From Gemmatimonadota bacterium (lineage in GTDB: Bacteria; Gemmatimonadota; Gemmatimonadetes; Longimicrobiales; Gaopeijiaceae): a stretch of 51,265 nucleotides of DNA. Shown here one piece after another: positions 9,755 to 19,602 of this stretch. Position numbers and translations under genes: made by a program. The notes under the pieces were generated by a model. The model saw nothing but the letters and a program-made list of their open reading frames with translations. It had not been told where the DNA came from and made no database searches. The stretch's first letter is position 1. Each line of letters starts with the position of its first letter. The stretch is taken from NCBI GenBank assembly GCA_039589315.1, contig JBDHHQ010000045.1, positions 1 through 51,265 of the forward strand. The letters run 5' to 3'.

Positions 9755-10367
9755 CGAACTGGGCGGCGCCGCCGAGCAGAAGCTGCACGCCGATGGCCAC
9801 CAGGATCAGCCCCATCACGCGCAAGTAGGTGCCGTACCCGCCCTCGGTAAGGCGGGCGAGACGATGCGCTGAAAGGAGCGAGCCGAGCAGGATCAGGGCC
9901 ACCACGGCGACAGCGAGGAGCACCACGATGACGTGGCCCAACCCGTCCCCCCTCGCGGTCATGGCGATGACGGTCGCGATGGCCCCGGGACCGGCGACAA
10001 CGGGCAGGGCGAAGGGCACGAGGAGCGGGTCGCCGTCGGCACCGCTCGGTCTCGGCTCCTGTCCATGATCGCGCTGGACCCGAGTGGGGCTTCCGAGCAG
10101 CATTTCCAAGCCCATGATCGTGATCACCAGACCGCCGGCGACTCGGAGGGCCGAGAGCTCGATGGCGAGAGCCCGGAGGAGCCAGCCGCCCGCCAGAGCG
10201 CACACGGCCAGGATGATGTACACAACCAGGGTGGCGCGCACGGCCCCCTGACGGCGCTCCACCTCGGTCATCCCCTCGGTCAGGCGGGTGAAGACGGGTG
10301 CGGCCCCCAGCGGGTCCGTCACCGCGAGGATCGCAACCACCGCCTGAAGGAGGTATTGGCCGGTCAT
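9741..10367 (-). CDS. marC: MarC family integral membrane protein
   Basis: TDPLGAAPVF, ALRVAGG, VPFALPVVAGPGAIATVI, RVMGLILVAIGVQ; about 6 TM segments. Confidence 0.93.
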   Translation of the reverse strand: MTGQYLLQAVVAILAVTDPLGAAPVFTRLTEGMTEVERRQGAVRATLVVYIILAVCALAGGWLLRALAIELSALRVAGGLVITIMGLEMLLGSPTRVQRDHGQEPRPSGADGDPLLVPFALPVVAGPGAIATVIAMTARGDGLGHVIVVLLAVAVVALILLGSLLSAHRLARLTEGGYGTYLRVMGLILVAIGVQLLLGGAAQFVAGR

Positions 10368-10485
10368 GCCAAACGATATCGCCTCTCCACCCGGCCGGCA
10401 CGTCGGCTGCGGCCGACGCGGCCCGAGTAGGGCTCACCTGGCTCCGGACTCGCCCGTGTCGGCGCAGCCTCCGGGATGCGCCGCC

Positions 10486-12996
10486 CTACTCGGCCCGAAG
10501 CGCGGTGATGGGATCCACCCGCCCCGCACGCCGGGCGGGTAGGTAGGCGGCGGCCAGTGCCGTGCCCAGCAGGAGGGCGCTCCCGGCCAGGAGCGTCGCG
10601 GGATCCGAGGGCTCGACACCATGGAGGAGCCCACGGACCAGACCGGCGGCCGCGAAGGAGGTCCCCAGGCCGCCGACGAGTCCCACCATCACGGGGCCCA
10701 GGGCCTGCCGGACCACCATCCGATTGACCTCCCCGTTCCGGGCACCCAGCGCCTTGCGCACGCCGATCTCACGCGTGCGCCGGCTCACCCCCAACCGAAC
10801 GACGCTGAAGATGCCCAGGGACGCCAGCACCAGGCCCAGCACCGCCAGGGCCGCGAACATCTCGGCGTTCATCCGCTGCGCGTACAACGACCCCCGTACG
10901 ACCTCCACGTACGGCAGGGCGTTCACGACGGCCATGTGGGGCTCGAAGTCCCGAAGCCATCGCTCCATGAGGGGAATGGCGGCATACGGGTCGATGTCGA
11001 CGGCCACAACGAGCGCGCTGCCGGTGGGGTAGCGCTGCTGGAGGTAGGACAGGTAGACGGCCGGCTCGGGCTCCGCCAGGAAGCTCCGCACCCGGGTGGA
11101 GCCCACCACGCCTACCACTTCCAGCACCCTCTCGCCGTCGTCCATCTGCCACCGGAGGGTTCGCCCGATGGCGCTGCCGCCGGGGAAATGGCGCTCTGCG
11201 AGGGGCTGATTCACGACCGCGACGTCCGGGCCGCCGAGCGTGTCGAACGGCGTGAATACCCGACCCTCCTGGAGCTGGACGCCCATGGTCGCGAAGAAGC
11301 CCGGGTGTACCGGCGCGATGAGCAGTGGCACGGGCTCAGGCTCGTTCTCGACGCGGAAGGTGACGGAGGCGTGGGAGGAGAGGGGGGCATTCCCGGAGAC
11401 GGTGGCGGACCGAACCCACGGCTCACGCTCGATCTGCTCGGCCAGGGCGTGGAACCACGCCTCCCGTTCGTTAGGGGTGACCGCGGTGCTGCTCGTGGAC
11501 ACGTGGCTCGCCACCAGGGACTCGTACTCGAAGCCGGGGTCGATGCCCCCGGCCGACTCCAGGGTCCGCAGCACCAGACCCGCCACCACCAGGAGAACCA
11601 CGCACAGGGCGACCTGGGCGGCGACCAGCGTGTCGCGGGCGCTGACGGGACCGCGGCGCCGAGCGGCGCCCCCCAAGCCGCCCCCACCCTTCAGGACACT
11701 CAGCAGGTCGCCGCGCGACGCACGGATCGCGGGGAGCAACGCGGCCACCAGCCCCGTCAGGAGTGAGATCCCGAGCGCGAACAGCACCACCGTGCCGTCG
11801 ATGCTGAGCTCACGGCTGACGTTGGCTCCCCAGACGCTCGGGCGAGCGAAATAGGATCCCAACCGCGTGCTCAGAGGCAGTGCGAGGAACAAGGCGACGC
11901 CCCCCGCCACGGCCGACAGGATCACGTTCTCGGTGACGACCTGGCTGAACCGGCGGCGTGCCGACGCCCCCAGCGCGGCCTGGAGGGCGAGCTCCTGCTG
12001 GCGACCGCTGAAGACCGCCAGGAGAAGGTTGGCCACGTTGGCGCACACGAGGAAGAGGAACCCGACCGCTGCGCCGACCATGACTCGGTTGGTGGACTGC
12101 TCCGCGAGCCTGTCCCGCGGATCGATCCAGGTGCCAGGCGCCAGGCGGACACGACGCGGCTGATCCCTGGCCGGGTAGGCGTCGTCCAGGTTCCTTGCGA
12201 TGCCCGCCAGCTGCTCCTCGGCTCCATCCACCGAAACGCCGTTCGCCAACCGGGCGTAGACCCGGACCAGCGGTACGTCCCGGTCCTGGGCTCGACGGTC
12301 CCAGCCCGTGTAGCGATCCCGGAACGGGGCGATGGGAATCCACACGTGGGGCCGGAAGTCGGACGTCGACCCCAGGTGATCCGGCGACGCGACGCCCACC
12401 ACGGTGAACGGGCGGTAGTTCAGGAAGATCGTGCTCCCAAGGACGCCAGGGTCCCCATGGAACCGCTGCTGCCACCACGCGTGGGAGATCACGGCCGCCG
12501 ACTCGGCCTCGGGTCGGTCATCGTCGGGCAGAAGCCCGCGGCCCAGGGCGATCGGGACCTCGAGCAGACCGAAGTAGTTGCCGGTCACCGCCTCCAGGAA
12601 CGCGACCTCCGTCATGCTCTCGTGCCGGACGCTGGCGGCGTGATACGGTTGGACGGCAGCGACGCCCGTGAACGAGGTGCCGGACGCCCGGTAGTCGAGG
12701 AAATCCAGGAAGGAGAGGTCCATGTAGGGATCCTCTTCCTCCGAGGCGAAGAGCCGCACGAGCCCTGCGGTCTCCACACCGGGAAACGGCCGGTTGAAAG
12801 CGTTGACGTAGGTGAAGACCGCGCAGCTGGCGGACAGCCCGAGCGCCAGGATGAGCACGGCCACCGTCGGGTAGTGGGGACGCCGAACGAGCCGGCGGCC
12901 AGTTTGGCGCACCTCATCGATCAGGCCGGCGATCAGCCCCGCTCTGCCGCGCCGCGGCCCGGGGCTCCGGCCGGGAGGCGGCCCTACCCGACCCAT
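10486..12996 (-). CDS. ADOP duplicated orphan permease (2x MacB_PCD-FtsX), lacking an N-terminal prefix domain
   Basis: LVCANVANLLL, DPGF, RRTREIGVRKALGA, YLPARRAGRVDPITALRAE. Confidence 0.92.
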   Translation of the reverse strand: MGRVGPPPGRSPGPRRGRAGLIAGLIDEVRQTGRRLVRRPHYPTVAVLILALGLSASCAVFTYVNAFNRPFPGVETAGLVRLFASEEEDPYMDLSFLDFLDYRASGTSFTGVAAVQPYHAASVRHESMTEVAFLEAVTGNYFGLLEVPIALGRGLLPDDDRPEAESAAVISHAWWQQRFHGDPGVLGSTIFLNYRPFTVVGVASPDHLGSTSDFRPHVWIPIAPFRDRYTGWDRRAQDRDVPLVRVYARLANGVSVDGAEEQLAGIARNLDDAYPARDQPRRVRLAPGTWIDPRDRLAEQSTNRVMVGAAVGFLFLVCANVANLLLAVFSGRQQELALQAALGASARRRFSQVVTENVILSAVAGGVALFLALPLSTRLGSYFARPSVWGANVSRELSIDGTVVLFALGISLLTGLVAALLPAIRASRGDLLSVLKGGGGLGGAARRRGPVSARDTLVAAQVALCVVLLVVAGLVLRTLESAGGIDPGFEYESLVASHVSTSSTAVTPNEREAWFHALAEQIEREPWVRSATVSGNAPLSSHASVTFRVENEPEPVPLLIAPVHPGFFATMGVQLQEGRVFTPFDTLGGPDVAVVNQPLAERHFPGGSAIGRTLRWQMDDGERVLEVVGVVGSTRVRSFLAEPEPAVYLSYLQQRYPTGSALVVAVDIDPYAAIPLMERWLRDFEPHMAVVNALPYVEVVRGSLYAQRMNAEMFAALAVLGLVLASLGIFSVVRLGVSRRTREIGVRKALGARNGEVNRMVVRQALGPVMVGLVGGLGTSFAAAGLVRGLLHGVEPSDPATLLAGSALLLGTALAAAYLPARRAGRVDPITALRAE

Positions 12997-13024
12997 GGCC
13001 CCGGGCCGGTCCGTGCCCGTACCG

Positions 13025-15664
13025 TCACTCCTCCCTGAGCGCGGTAACCGGGTCCACCCGAAGTGCCGCCCGGGCCGGCAACCAGCACGCCAGCAGGGCG
13101 GCGAGAGCCAGGATCCCGCCCATGGCCGCGTAGGTGATGAAGTCCGTGGCTCCCACCCCGAACAGCAGGGACCGAAGGACCCGGCTCAGTGCCAATGCGG
13201 CCACGAGGCCCACGGCGATGCCCGCGCCCGCCGGCACCATCCCCTGACGGATCACCAGCCCAAGCACGTCCGGCGAGGTGGCGCCCAGCGCCACGCGCAC
13301 CCCCAGCTCCTGGGACCGCTGGCTCACCGAGTCGGCGATCACACCGTAGAGCCCTGCCAGGGCCAGGGCCAGCGCCACGCCTGCGAATACGGTCAGCAGG
13401 ATCATGGTGAACCGCCGTGAGGCGGTCGAGCTGCGCACCATCTCGTCCATCGTGCGTACCCCCGACATGGGCAGATCCGCGTCGATCTGGGCCAGCATGG
13501 CGCGGACGGGCTGCAGGGCGGCCCGGGGCTCTCCGGTCGTGTGCACGACGAAGTGGACCGGCGACCAGTCGTCCAGGTTGTACGTGAGATAGATGGCCCG
13601 GGTCTCGTCCTGACCGGGCCCTCGCTCTCTCATGTCCTCCACGACACCGACGACGGTGCCCACGCGGTCCGGTGTCACCCAGAGCTGGGCATGCTTGCCG
13701 ACGGCGCTCTCGCCGGGCCAGATCGCCTGTGCCAGGCTCTGGGAGACGACCACCTCCATGGGGCCACCCATGCCCTGGTCGCCCTCGCCCGGAATCTCGT
13801 GGCTCAGGTCCCGACCCTCCACCAGGGACAGTCCCAGCGACTGGAAGTAGTCGTCGCTGATCAGTCGCCAATCGGCCGAAACGGCGCCGCCGAACGTCTC
13901 GATGGTCTCTCCCACCGGGATGAGGCTCATGACCGTGTTGCCGCCGTCCACGGGCCGCATGTGCACGGCCGCCGCGGACTGCACCGTGGGCATCGTCCGC
14001 ATTCGGGACAGGAATTCCTCCCGAAAGGCCCGGCTCCCGGCCCGGGTGTAGGAATCCGGCAGGTTCACCTCGAAAGTCAAGCGGTTGTCCGCCTCGAAGC
14101 CGGTGTCGACGGTCTGGACTGCGATCAGGCTCCGGATGAGCAGGCCGGCCCCCACCAGGAGCACGAGGGAAAGGGCCGTCTCCGCGGCGACGAGCCAGCT
14201 GCGCAGTCGCGCCTGCGACCTGCCGCCCACACCCCCGCGGCCTCCGTCACGCAGCGTCGCGCCGAGGCCACGGAACGGAATGCGCACCGCCGGCAGCAGG
14301 CCGCCGATCACACCGGTTGCCAGCGCGACGGCGAGCGTGAACAGGAGTACCGGCCCGTTGATCTGCACGGCTTCGAGGCGGGGAATCTCGCCTGGCTCGA
14401 GCGCCACCAACGCGTACAGCCCGAGCTGGGCCACGCCGATCCCCAAGATCGCACCCGCCAGCCCCAACACCGCCGACTCGGTCAGGAGCTGGCGGATGAC
14501 CCGACCCCGCCCGGCGCCCAGTGCCATGCACATGGCCACCTGGCGTCGGCGTCCCGCCACCCGGGCCAGCAGTAGGTTGGCCAGGTTGAGGCAGGCGATC
14601 AGCAGCAGGAAGCCCACGGCGCCCATGAACACCCACAGCGAGCGTCTCAGGTCATCGGGGGCGGCCCACGTGCTGGACGGCTCCAACTGGAAGCCCATGC
14701 CCTCGTCTATGGGGGCGTTCCGGGCGGTCAGCCGCCGCGCCAGCGGGGTGAGCTCTGTCTGTGCCGCTTGAAGGCTGACATCGCCGCGAAGGCGAGCGAC
14801 CACGGCCAGGAAGTGATTGTCCCGGTTGCTCTCGGGGTTCAACGCGAGGGGAGTGTACAGCTCGTTGCGGAGCCACGGCTCGGCCTCGGGCAGCACGCCC
14901 ACGACCTCGTATCCCTCTCCGTCCAGCAGGATGACGCGGCCCTCTATGGCGGGGTCCGAGCCGAAGCGGCTCGTCCACGTCGCCTGGGACACCATCACGA
15001 CCCGACGGGCGTCCCATCCGTCCAGATCCGAGTCCCGAAAGGCGCGCCCCAGAACCGGCTTCACGCCGAGCATCTGGACGAAGTTGGGCGTGATCGGGCT
15101 CACTCCGATCCGCGCCGGCGGACCGTCTCCCGTCAGGTTCACGGTCCCGCCCCTGATGCCGCCTATGGCCTCGAAAGAGGTGCTGCTCTCCATGAGGTCC
15201 AGGAGGTTCATCTGGGAGAAGGCGAAGTGGTCCCATCCCTGGGCCATGTGGGTCTCGAAGACCTGCACGAGCCGATCGGGTTGGTGGAACGGCAGAGGGC
15301 GCAGAAGGACGGCGTCGACCACGCTGAAGATGGCCGTGCTGGCGCCGATCCCCAGCGCCAGCATGGCCAGGGCCACCGCCGTGAACCCCGGGCTCCGCCG
15401 AAGGCCGCGAACGGCCAGGCGCACGTCCCACCAGAGATCCCCCACCACCCGTCCTCCCCTGGCCGTCCGGGCCTCCTCCTTGAAGCGCTCCAGCCCTCCG
15501 AACTTCAGAAGCGCCGCGCGCCGCGCGTCTCGGGGCTTCATGCCGGCACGGATGTTGTCCTCGGTCTCCATGTCGACATGAAACCGCATCTCCTCGTCCA
15601 TTTCCCGCTCGACGCTGTCCTTCTGGAGCAGGATATGCAGCACTCGCCGCAAGCGTCGTGACAT
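13025..15664 (-). CDS. ADOP duplicated orphan permease with permease-prefix-1-like N-terminus
   Basis: EREMDEEMRFHVDMETEDNIRAGMKPRDARRAALLKFGG prefix; LLIACLNLANLLL; ELGVRVALGA; WLPARAALRVDPVTALREE. Confidence 0.94.
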   Translation of the reverse strand: MSRRLRRVLHILLQKDSVEREMDEEMRFHVDMETEDNIRAGMKPRDARRAALLKFGGLERFKEEARTARGGRVVGDLWWDVRLAVRGLRRSPGFTAVALAMLALGIGASTAIFSVVDAVLLRPLPFHQPDRLVQVFETHMAQGWDHFAFSQMNLLDLMESSTSFEAIGGIRGGTVNLTGDGPPARIGVSPITPNFVQMLGVKPVLGRAFRDSDLDGWDARRVVMVSQATWTSRFGSDPAIEGRVILLDGEGYEVVGVLPEAEPWLRNELYTPLALNPESNRDNHFLAVVARLRGDVSLQAAQTELTPLARRLTARNAPIDEGMGFQLEPSSTWAAPDDLRRSLWVFMGAVGFLLLIACLNLANLLLARVAGRRRQVAMCMALGAGRGRVIRQLLTESAVLGLAGAILGIGVAQLGLYALVALEPGEIPRLEAVQINGPVLLFTLAVALATGVIGGLLPAVRIPFRGLGATLRDGGRGGVGGRSQARLRSWLVAAETALSLVLLVGAGLLIRSLIAVQTVDTGFEADNRLTFEVNLPDSYTRAGSRAFREEFLSRMRTMPTVQSAAAVHMRPVDGGNTVMSLIPVGETIETFGGAVSADWRLISDDYFQSLGLSLVEGRDLSHEIPGEGDQGMGGPMEVVVSQSLAQAIWPGESAVGKHAQLWVTPDRVGTVVGVVEDMRERGPGQDETRAIYLTYNLDDWSPVHFVVHTTGEPRAALQPVRAMLAQIDADLPMSGVRTMDEMVRSSTASRRFTMILLTVFAGVALALALAGLYGVIADSVSQRSQELGVRVALGATSPDVLGLVIRQGMVPAGAGIAVGLVAALALSRVLRSLLFGVGATDFITYAAMGGILALAALLACWLPARAALRVDPVTALREE

Positions 15665-15676
15665 GAACCCACCCTG

Positions 15677-16033
15677 TTAAGTGGCTTCGACCGCACCGTT
15701 GCCGCTGACGCCCAACACTCGGTCCACCGCCGCGGAGAACTCTCGCCAGTGCCGGCCCTCGAGGGCCAGCTGCCGCCTGCCGGCCGGAAGCATCCTGTAG
15801 AACTTGGCTCTCCGGCCCGCCGGCGAGATGCCCCATTCTGCTTCGATCCAGCCCCGCTTCTCCAACCGGTAGAGAGCTGGATAGAGGGAACCCTGGTTCA
15901 CCTCGAGGACATCCTGCGAGATCTGGCGGATGTGCTTCGAGATGGCCCAGCCGTGCATGCGCCCGGGCCCCAGCGTCTGGAGGATCAGGAGGTCCAGGGT
16001 GCCGTGCAGCAGATCGGGCTTGGCTTTCTTCAT
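15677..16033 (-). CDS. PadR family transcriptional regulator (Acidobacterial type)
   Basis: DLLHGTLDLLILQTL, MHGWAI, GSLYPALYRLE, RRAKFY. Start taken at MKKAK. Confidence 0.95.
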   Translation of the reverse strand: MKKAKPDLLHGTLDLLILQTLGPGRMHGWAISKHIRQISQDVLEVNQGSLYPALYRLEKRGWIEAEWGISPAGRRAKFYRMLPAGRRQLALEGRHWREFSAAVDRVLGVSGNGAVEAT

Positions 16034-16095
16034 GGACGCCTCGCGGTCACGATTCGGTGCCGTGGCCGCAGCATGTCGCACCGGTCGATGCGATA

Positions 16096-16168
16096 CCTTG
16101 GTAATCGACACCACGACACCGTAAGCTCACCAGCTTGTTGTCGATTGTCAAGGCATAGGGCATCGACA
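16096..16168. promoter_or_regulatory. Putative PadR operators (inverted pair plus a third partial copy)
   Basis: CCTTGGTAATCGACA (16096-16110) and TGTCGATTGTCAAGG (16139-16153) are reverse complements at 13/15 positions; TAGGGCATCGACA at 16156-16168. Confidence 0.6.
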
Positions 16169-16356
16169 CACCGAAGGACCGCGCGGAGCGTGCGATGGAG
16201 CGGCGATCCCTCGCGATGCACCCCTCGTCAGGGCCCTCCTGAGCGAGGGTCACCTCCGTCGGCTCTTGGGTCAGGCCATCCCTCCCCGGACTCACCCCGT
16301 GATCTCGGGCGAGGTTCGCCCGGGACCGTCCCGAGGGCTCAGGCGCATCGGCGGCG

Positions 16357-19131
16357 CTACTCGGCCGACAGGGCCACGATGGGGTCGACCCGTCCCGCCC
16401 GACGGGCGGGCAGGTAGCTCGCTCCCAGGGCCACCGCCGTCAATCCGGCTGCAACCACGAGGTAGGTCAGGGGATCCGTTGCGTTTACGCCGAACAGCAG
16501 GCCCGCCATGAAGCGGGTCAGACTCACCGCCAGCCCGAGACCGATCGCCACTCCGGTCAGGGAGAGGAGCAGCCCCTGGCGGAGCACCATCTTCTTGATG
16601 TCCCGGGTTCGCGCACCGAGGGCCAGACGGACGCCCAACTCCCGGGTGCGCTGGCTCACGGCGTAGGAGATGACGCCGTACACGCCGATGAGCCCGAGCA
16701 GGAGAGCTGCCGCCGAGGCGACGGTGAGCAGCACCATGGTGAACGACGTCTGGGCCACGGACTGAGCCATGAGGCCCGACAGGGGTCGCACGCCGCGGAG
16801 TGGAGAGTTGGGCGCTACCTCCCAGATCGCTTCCCGCACGTCATCGAGGAATCCCGGCGTGCCTACACGTCCGCTCCGGATGGCGTAGCCCATGCCCCGC
16901 CAGGTCTGGACCGAGTCGGGCGCCCATCCTTCCCAGAAGGCCCGGGTCACCTGTGGCCAGTACACCATGAGCGGGGGATCCTGGTTCAGCCCCTGGTAGC
17001 GCACGTCCGCGGCGACGCCCACGACCTCGTGCCACCGTGGCGGGTCCGGGCGAGCGGCCACGCGTCCACCGATCGCCGCCTGGGGGGACCCCCAATACTC
17101 TCGCGCCAGGCTCTCGGAGACGATGGCACCGGGGAAACGGTTGTGGACCTCGTCCCACGTGAAGCTCCGCCCCGCCAGGAGGGGGATACCCAGGCTCTCG
17201 AAGTAGCCCTCGCCGATCCAGTTGTGGCGACGGGACGGTGAGCCCCCACCGGGCGGCGCGATGCCATCCACGTAGAAGGGGTTCACGTTACCGGAGGCGT
17301 CCATGGGTATGCGCGTCGCCATGGCCACCGAAGCCACGCCCGGCACCTGCTCCAGCCGACGGGCGATGCGCTCGAAGGCCAGGGCGGTTTCCTCGAGGTC
17401 CGGAATCTCCGAGCCCGGAATGGATATGCGAAGGGCCAGGATCTCCTCGGGCCCGAAGAACCCCGGATCCACGTCTTTGAGGGTCTGCATGCTGCGCAGC
17501 ATGAGGCCGGAGGCGACGAGCAGGACCAGCGCCAGCGCCATCTGGCTGATGGCCAGGACGTTTCTGGCCCGATTCTGCGCCCGCCCTCCCAGGCCGCGCG
17601 TACCCCCCTGCTTGAGCGCGTTCACCAACCCGCCGCGACCGTGCTTCAGGCTCGGAACGAGCCCGAAGAGCAGGCCCGTCCCCACCGATACGGCCACCGT
17701 GAACAGCATGACCGCCGAACTGAGGGACACGTTCTGGAGACGGGGGAGCTCCGCCGGACCGGCGGCAACGAGAAGTCGGAGGCCCCCGAAAGCCAGCGCC
17801 AGACCGACGGCCCCGCCAAGCACTCCGAGAAGAAGACTCTCCCTCATGTACTCCCACCCGATGCGGCGGCGGCTCGCGCCCATGGCCGTCCGTACCGCCA
17901 TCTCGGTTTCTTTGCCCTCGGCCCGGACGAGGAACAGGTTGGCCACGTTGGCGCACGCGATGAGCAGGACGACGCTCACGCCGCCCAGGAGAATCCAGAG
18001 GAGGTTCGCCACCGAGCCCACGAGACGGTCCTTCAAGGGCTGCAGCACGACCGCGTATGCCGCCGGATCGCTGGAGCTCGAGACGGGGCCGCCCGGGAAC
18101 TTCTCCCAGGCCATTGGCAACATGCGGGCGACGTCGGCTCGGGCCTGGTCCAGCGTGACTCCATCCTCGAGGCGCGCCACCGCGCCGAAGCCGATGTTGC
18201 CCACGAAGACCGTGGAGCGGTCGAAGCGGAGCGGAAGGACCAGGGACGGGGTCTGCTCGAGCCCACCCAGCTCCGGGGGCAGCACGCCTACGATCTCCCG
18301 CGTCACCCCGTTGACGCGTAGGGTCCGGCCGATGACCTCGGGGTCGGCGCCGAATCGTGTCTCCCAATATCCGGAGCTCAGGAGTACGGTCTGGGGCGCC
18401 CCAGGCACCTCGTCCTGCGGCGTGAAGCTCCGACCCAGCACGGGCTCGAGCCTGAGGGCCCGGAAGACTCCGCTCGTAGCGAACAGCGCCCGCAGTGAGG
18501 CCGGATCGCCCACGCCGGTTACGGCGACGGCCCCGGACGAGTACATGCCGAGATCCTCGAAGACCCGGTTCTCGTCCTCGTACGTGAAGTGCCAGGCCGC
18601 ACATTGGCCCACGTCGTCGAGTCCGCGGCCGGGTGCAGCGTGATGGATGGACACGAGCCTGTCGGCGTCGTCGTACGGGAGAGGCCGGAGCACGATGGCG
18701 TCGGCCAGCGTGAAGATGGCGGTCGTGGCACCGATGCCCAGGGCGAGCACCACGATGACGATCCCCGCGAAGAGGGGCCGCTGGCGGATGGCACGGAATG
18801 CCAGGCGGAGATCGCGCAGCGCGTCGGCCACGACGGTCAGTCGCCCACCCTTGCCGCGAACCACGTCCTCTCGACGTTCGATCCACCGCCCGGCCCGTGC
18901 GCCCGGCTCCAGGGGCTGGGAGCGGCCCAGCTCCCTGGCGGCGGTGTCCGTGTCCCCCAGCTCGAGCACCGCGAGGGCCTCCGCCTCTTCGGGAGTGGCG
19001 CCCCGGATGAGGGCCTCGTTGTAGAGGTCCGCCAGATGGTCGGCGAGCTCGACCAGCATGCGCTCGTCCCGGTGATTCCGCACGCCCTCGAGGTTCAGCT
19101 GCTCCCGCAGAAAGCCCTTCCAGTCACGCAT
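16357..19131 (-). CDS. ADOP duplicated orphan permease with helical N-terminal prefix
   Basis: MRDWK...ELADHLADLYNEALIRGATPEEAEALAVLELGD prefix; LLIACANVANLFL; QRTRELGVRLALGA; RVDPIVALSAE. Confidence 0.94.
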   Translation of the reverse strand: MRDWKGFLREQLNLEGVRNHRDERMLVELADHLADLYNEALIRGATPEEAEALAVLELGDTDTAARELGRSQPLEPGARAGRWIERREDVVRGKGGRLTVVADALRDLRLAFRAIRQRPLFAGIVIVVLALGIGATTAIFTLADAIVLRPLPYDDADRLVSIHHAAPGRGLDDVGQCAAWHFTYEDENRVFEDLGMYSSGAVAVTGVGDPASLRALFATSGVFRALRLEPVLGRSFTPQDEVPGAPQTVLLSSGYWETRFGADPEVIGRTLRVNGVTREIVGVLPPELGGLEQTPSLVLPLRFDRSTVFVGNIGFGAVARLEDGVTLDQARADVARMLPMAWEKFPGGPVSSSSDPAAYAVVLQPLKDRLVGSVANLLWILLGGVSVVLLIACANVANLFLVRAEGKETEMAVRTAMGASRRRIGWEYMRESLLLGVLGGAVGLALAFGGLRLLVAAGPAELPRLQNVSLSSAVMLFTVAVSVGTGLLFGLVPSLKHGRGGLVNALKQGGTRGLGGRAQNRARNVLAISQMALALVLLVASGLMLRSMQTLKDVDPGFFGPEEILALRISIPGSEIPDLEETALAFERIARRLEQVPGVASVAMATRIPMDASGNVNPFYVDGIAPPGGGSPSRRHNWIGEGYFESLGIPLLAGRSFTWDEVHNRFPGAIVSESLAREYWGSPQAAIGGRVAARPDPPRWHEVVGVAADVRYQGLNQDPPLMVYWPQVTRAFWEGWAPDSVQTWRGMGYAIRSGRVGTPGFLDDVREAIWEVAPNSPLRGVRPLSGLMAQSVAQTSFTMVLLTVASAAALLLGLIGVYGVISYAVSQRTRELGVRLALGARTRDIKKMVLRQGLLLSLTGVAIGLGLAVSLTRFMAGLLFGVNATDPLTYLVVAAGLTAVALGASYLPARRAGRVDPIVALSAE

Positions 19132-19471
19132 GGCTGACTCCGATCACCTCGTTCACCACCGCGGTGAAGGACGTCCACTCCTGACGCCGCAGGGCCAAGA
19201 TGTCGCGGCCCTTGTCGGTCAGGGTGTAGTAGCAACGCCTCCGCTGGCCCGCCTTCTCCACCCACCGTCCCTTGATCCACCCTTTGCCCTCCATCCGGTA
19301 GAGGGCCGAATAGAGGGTGGAGACCTTGAACTCCAGCTTCCCTCCGGACCTGAGCTCGATCAGCTTGCCGATCTCGTATCCGTGACGCGTCTCGGCGTCC
19401 AGCACGGACAGGACCAACAGCGCCATGCTGCCCCGCTTCAGGTCGGCACTGAACACGTTCGGCATCGTCAT
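19124..19471 (-). CDS. PadR family transcriptional regulator
   Basis: LKRGSMALLVLSVL, RHGYEI, TLYSALYRME, RRRCYYTLT. Overlaps the downstream permease start by 8 nt. Confidence 0.95.
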   Translation of the reverse strand: MTMPNVFSADLKRGSMALLVLSVLDAETRHGYEIGKLIELRSGGKLEFKVSTLYSALYRMEGKGWIKGRWVEKAGQRRRCYYTLTDKGRDILALRRQEWTSFTAVVNEVIGVSHA

Positions 19472-19509
19472 CCTCTCGGGTGGAGCTGCCCCTCACCTTT
19501 CGCCACGCG

Positions 19510-19530
19510 ATACTTCGCATAGCGAAATAT
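19510..19530. promoter_or_regulatory. Putative PadR operator (palindrome)
   Basis: ATACTTCGCATAGCGAAATAT, with TTCGC-N3-GCGAA core and matching flanks, about 40 nt upstream of padR. Confidence 0.65.
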
Positions 19531-19602
19531 AAGAAGTGGATGGCCGACAGGCCAGTGCCTCGGCGACGAGGTGGTGGTTGAAGCCTCGGGCTGGGACCTC
19601 GG

